DNA from: Eledone cirrhosa
Lineage: Eukaryota
DNA: 64,000 nt
Assembly: GCA_964016885.1 (NCBI GenBank)
Contig: OZ024741.1
Coordinates: 337,280,001 to 337,344,000, forward strand
Direction of reading: 5' to 3'
In this document: piece after piece, positions 62,801-64,000 of the stretch
Layout of the letters: every line of letters starts with the position of its first letter
Numbering within the stretch: position 1 is the stretch's first letter
The notes under the pieces: model-generated
What the model saw: the letters and a program-made list of their open reading frames with translations, nothing else
The model's database searches: none
What the model was told of the DNA's origin: nothing
Made by a program: the position numbers and the translations under genes

Positions 62801-64000
62801 TGTGTTAGACAGATAGTTTCTTATACACAGTAATTACTGGAAACTTGTGTTACACAGATAGTTTCTTATACACAGTAATTACTGGAAACTTGTGTTACAC
62901 AGATAGTTTCTTATACACAGTAATTACTGGAAACTTGTGTTACACAGATAGTTTCTTATACACAGTAATTACTGGAAACTTGTGTTACACAGATAGTTTC
63001 TTATACACAGTAATTACTGTAAACTTGTGTTACACAGATAGTTTCTTATACACAGTAATTACTGGAAACTTGTGTTACACAGATAGTTTCTGATACACAG
63101 TAATTACTGGAAACTTCTGTTACATAGATAGTTTCTTATACACAGTAATTACTTGGAAGTGGTGTTACACAGATAGTTTCTGATACACAGTAATTACTGG
63201 AAACTTGTGTTACACAGATAGTTTCTCATACACAGTAATTATTGGAAACTTGTGTTACACAGATAGTTTCTTATACACAGTAATTACTGGAAACTTGTGT
63301 TACACAGATAGTTTCTTATACACAGTAATTACTGGAAACTTGTGTTACACAGATAGTTTCTGATACACAGTAATTACTGGAAACTTGTGTTACACAGATA
63401 GTTTCTTATACACAGTAATTATTGGAAACTTGTGTTACACAGATAGTTTCTTATACACAGTAATTACTGGAAACTTGTGTTACACAGATAGTTTCTTTTA
63501 CACAGTAATTACTGGAAACTTGTGTTACACAGATAGTTTCAGATACACAGTAATTACTGGAAACTTGTGTTACACAGATAGTTTCTTTTACACAGTAATT
63601 ACTGGAAACCTGTGTTACACAGATAGTTTCTTTTACACAGTAATTACTGGAAACTTGTGTTACACAGATAGTTTCTTATACACAGTAATTACTGGAAACT
63701 TGTGTTACACAGATAGTTTCTTATACACAGTAATTACTGGAAACTTGTGTTACACAGATAGTTTCTTTTACACAGTAATTACTGGAAACTTGTGTTACAC
63801 AGATAGTTTCTTTTACACAGTAATTACTGGAAACTTGTGTTACACAGATAGTTTCTTATACACAGTAATTACTGGAAACTTGTGTTACACAGATAGTTTC
63901 TTTTACACAGTAATTACTGGAAACTTGTGTTACACAGATAGTTTCTTTTACACAGTAATTACTGGAAACTTGTGTTACACAGATAGTTTCTTTTACACAG
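32889..64000. repeat. 45-bp satellite array, ~690 monomers, runs off window end
   Basis: Consensus ACACAGTAATTACTGGAAACTTGTGTTACACAGATAGTTTCTTAT, head-to-tail in a single orientation with no visible insertions over 31.1 kb. Confidence 0.99.

Noticed and set aside
32812-63093. Many ORFs encoding (CYTDSFLYTVITGNL)n as a repetitive protein gene
   Set aside because: One of six frames is open simply because the 45-bp consensus has no stop in that frame. TGA/TAG variants and 1-bp deletions interrupt it frequently and are themselves amplified, and there are no unique N- or C-terminal domains or splice structure.
32889-64000. CRISPR array
   Set aside because: The monomers are contiguous with no unique spacers, there are no cas genes, and the context is eukaryotic.

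Overview
Eukaryotic, AT-rich, repeat-saturated DNA with no recognisable host protein-coding gene. The tRNA-derived SINE heads and RTE-type tails resemble those I recall from octopus/cephalopod genomes, so that origin is an inference only. Bases 1-32.9 kb are a mosaic of decayed mobile elements: four large RTE-clade LINE copies carrying a PHD-like finger and arranged as two head-to-head pairs around (TA)n, three Penelope-like relics each with a hammerhead-ribozyme-shaped motif, a maT/Tc1-mariner transposase, 3' ends of L1/Tx1-, CR1- and REL-endonuclease (R4-like) LINEs, hAT/mariner/piggyBac-like MITEs, SINEs, and mini- and microsatellites. From 32,889 to the window end there is one uninterrupted array of about 690 copies of a 45-bp monomer with nested higher-order duplications. 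The monomer is built from two palindromic modules and resembles a collapsed, inactive hammerhead ribozyme similar to the one in the Penelope relic at 3.4 kb; this is the most speculative and most interesting observation. All alignments and folds were made by eye.
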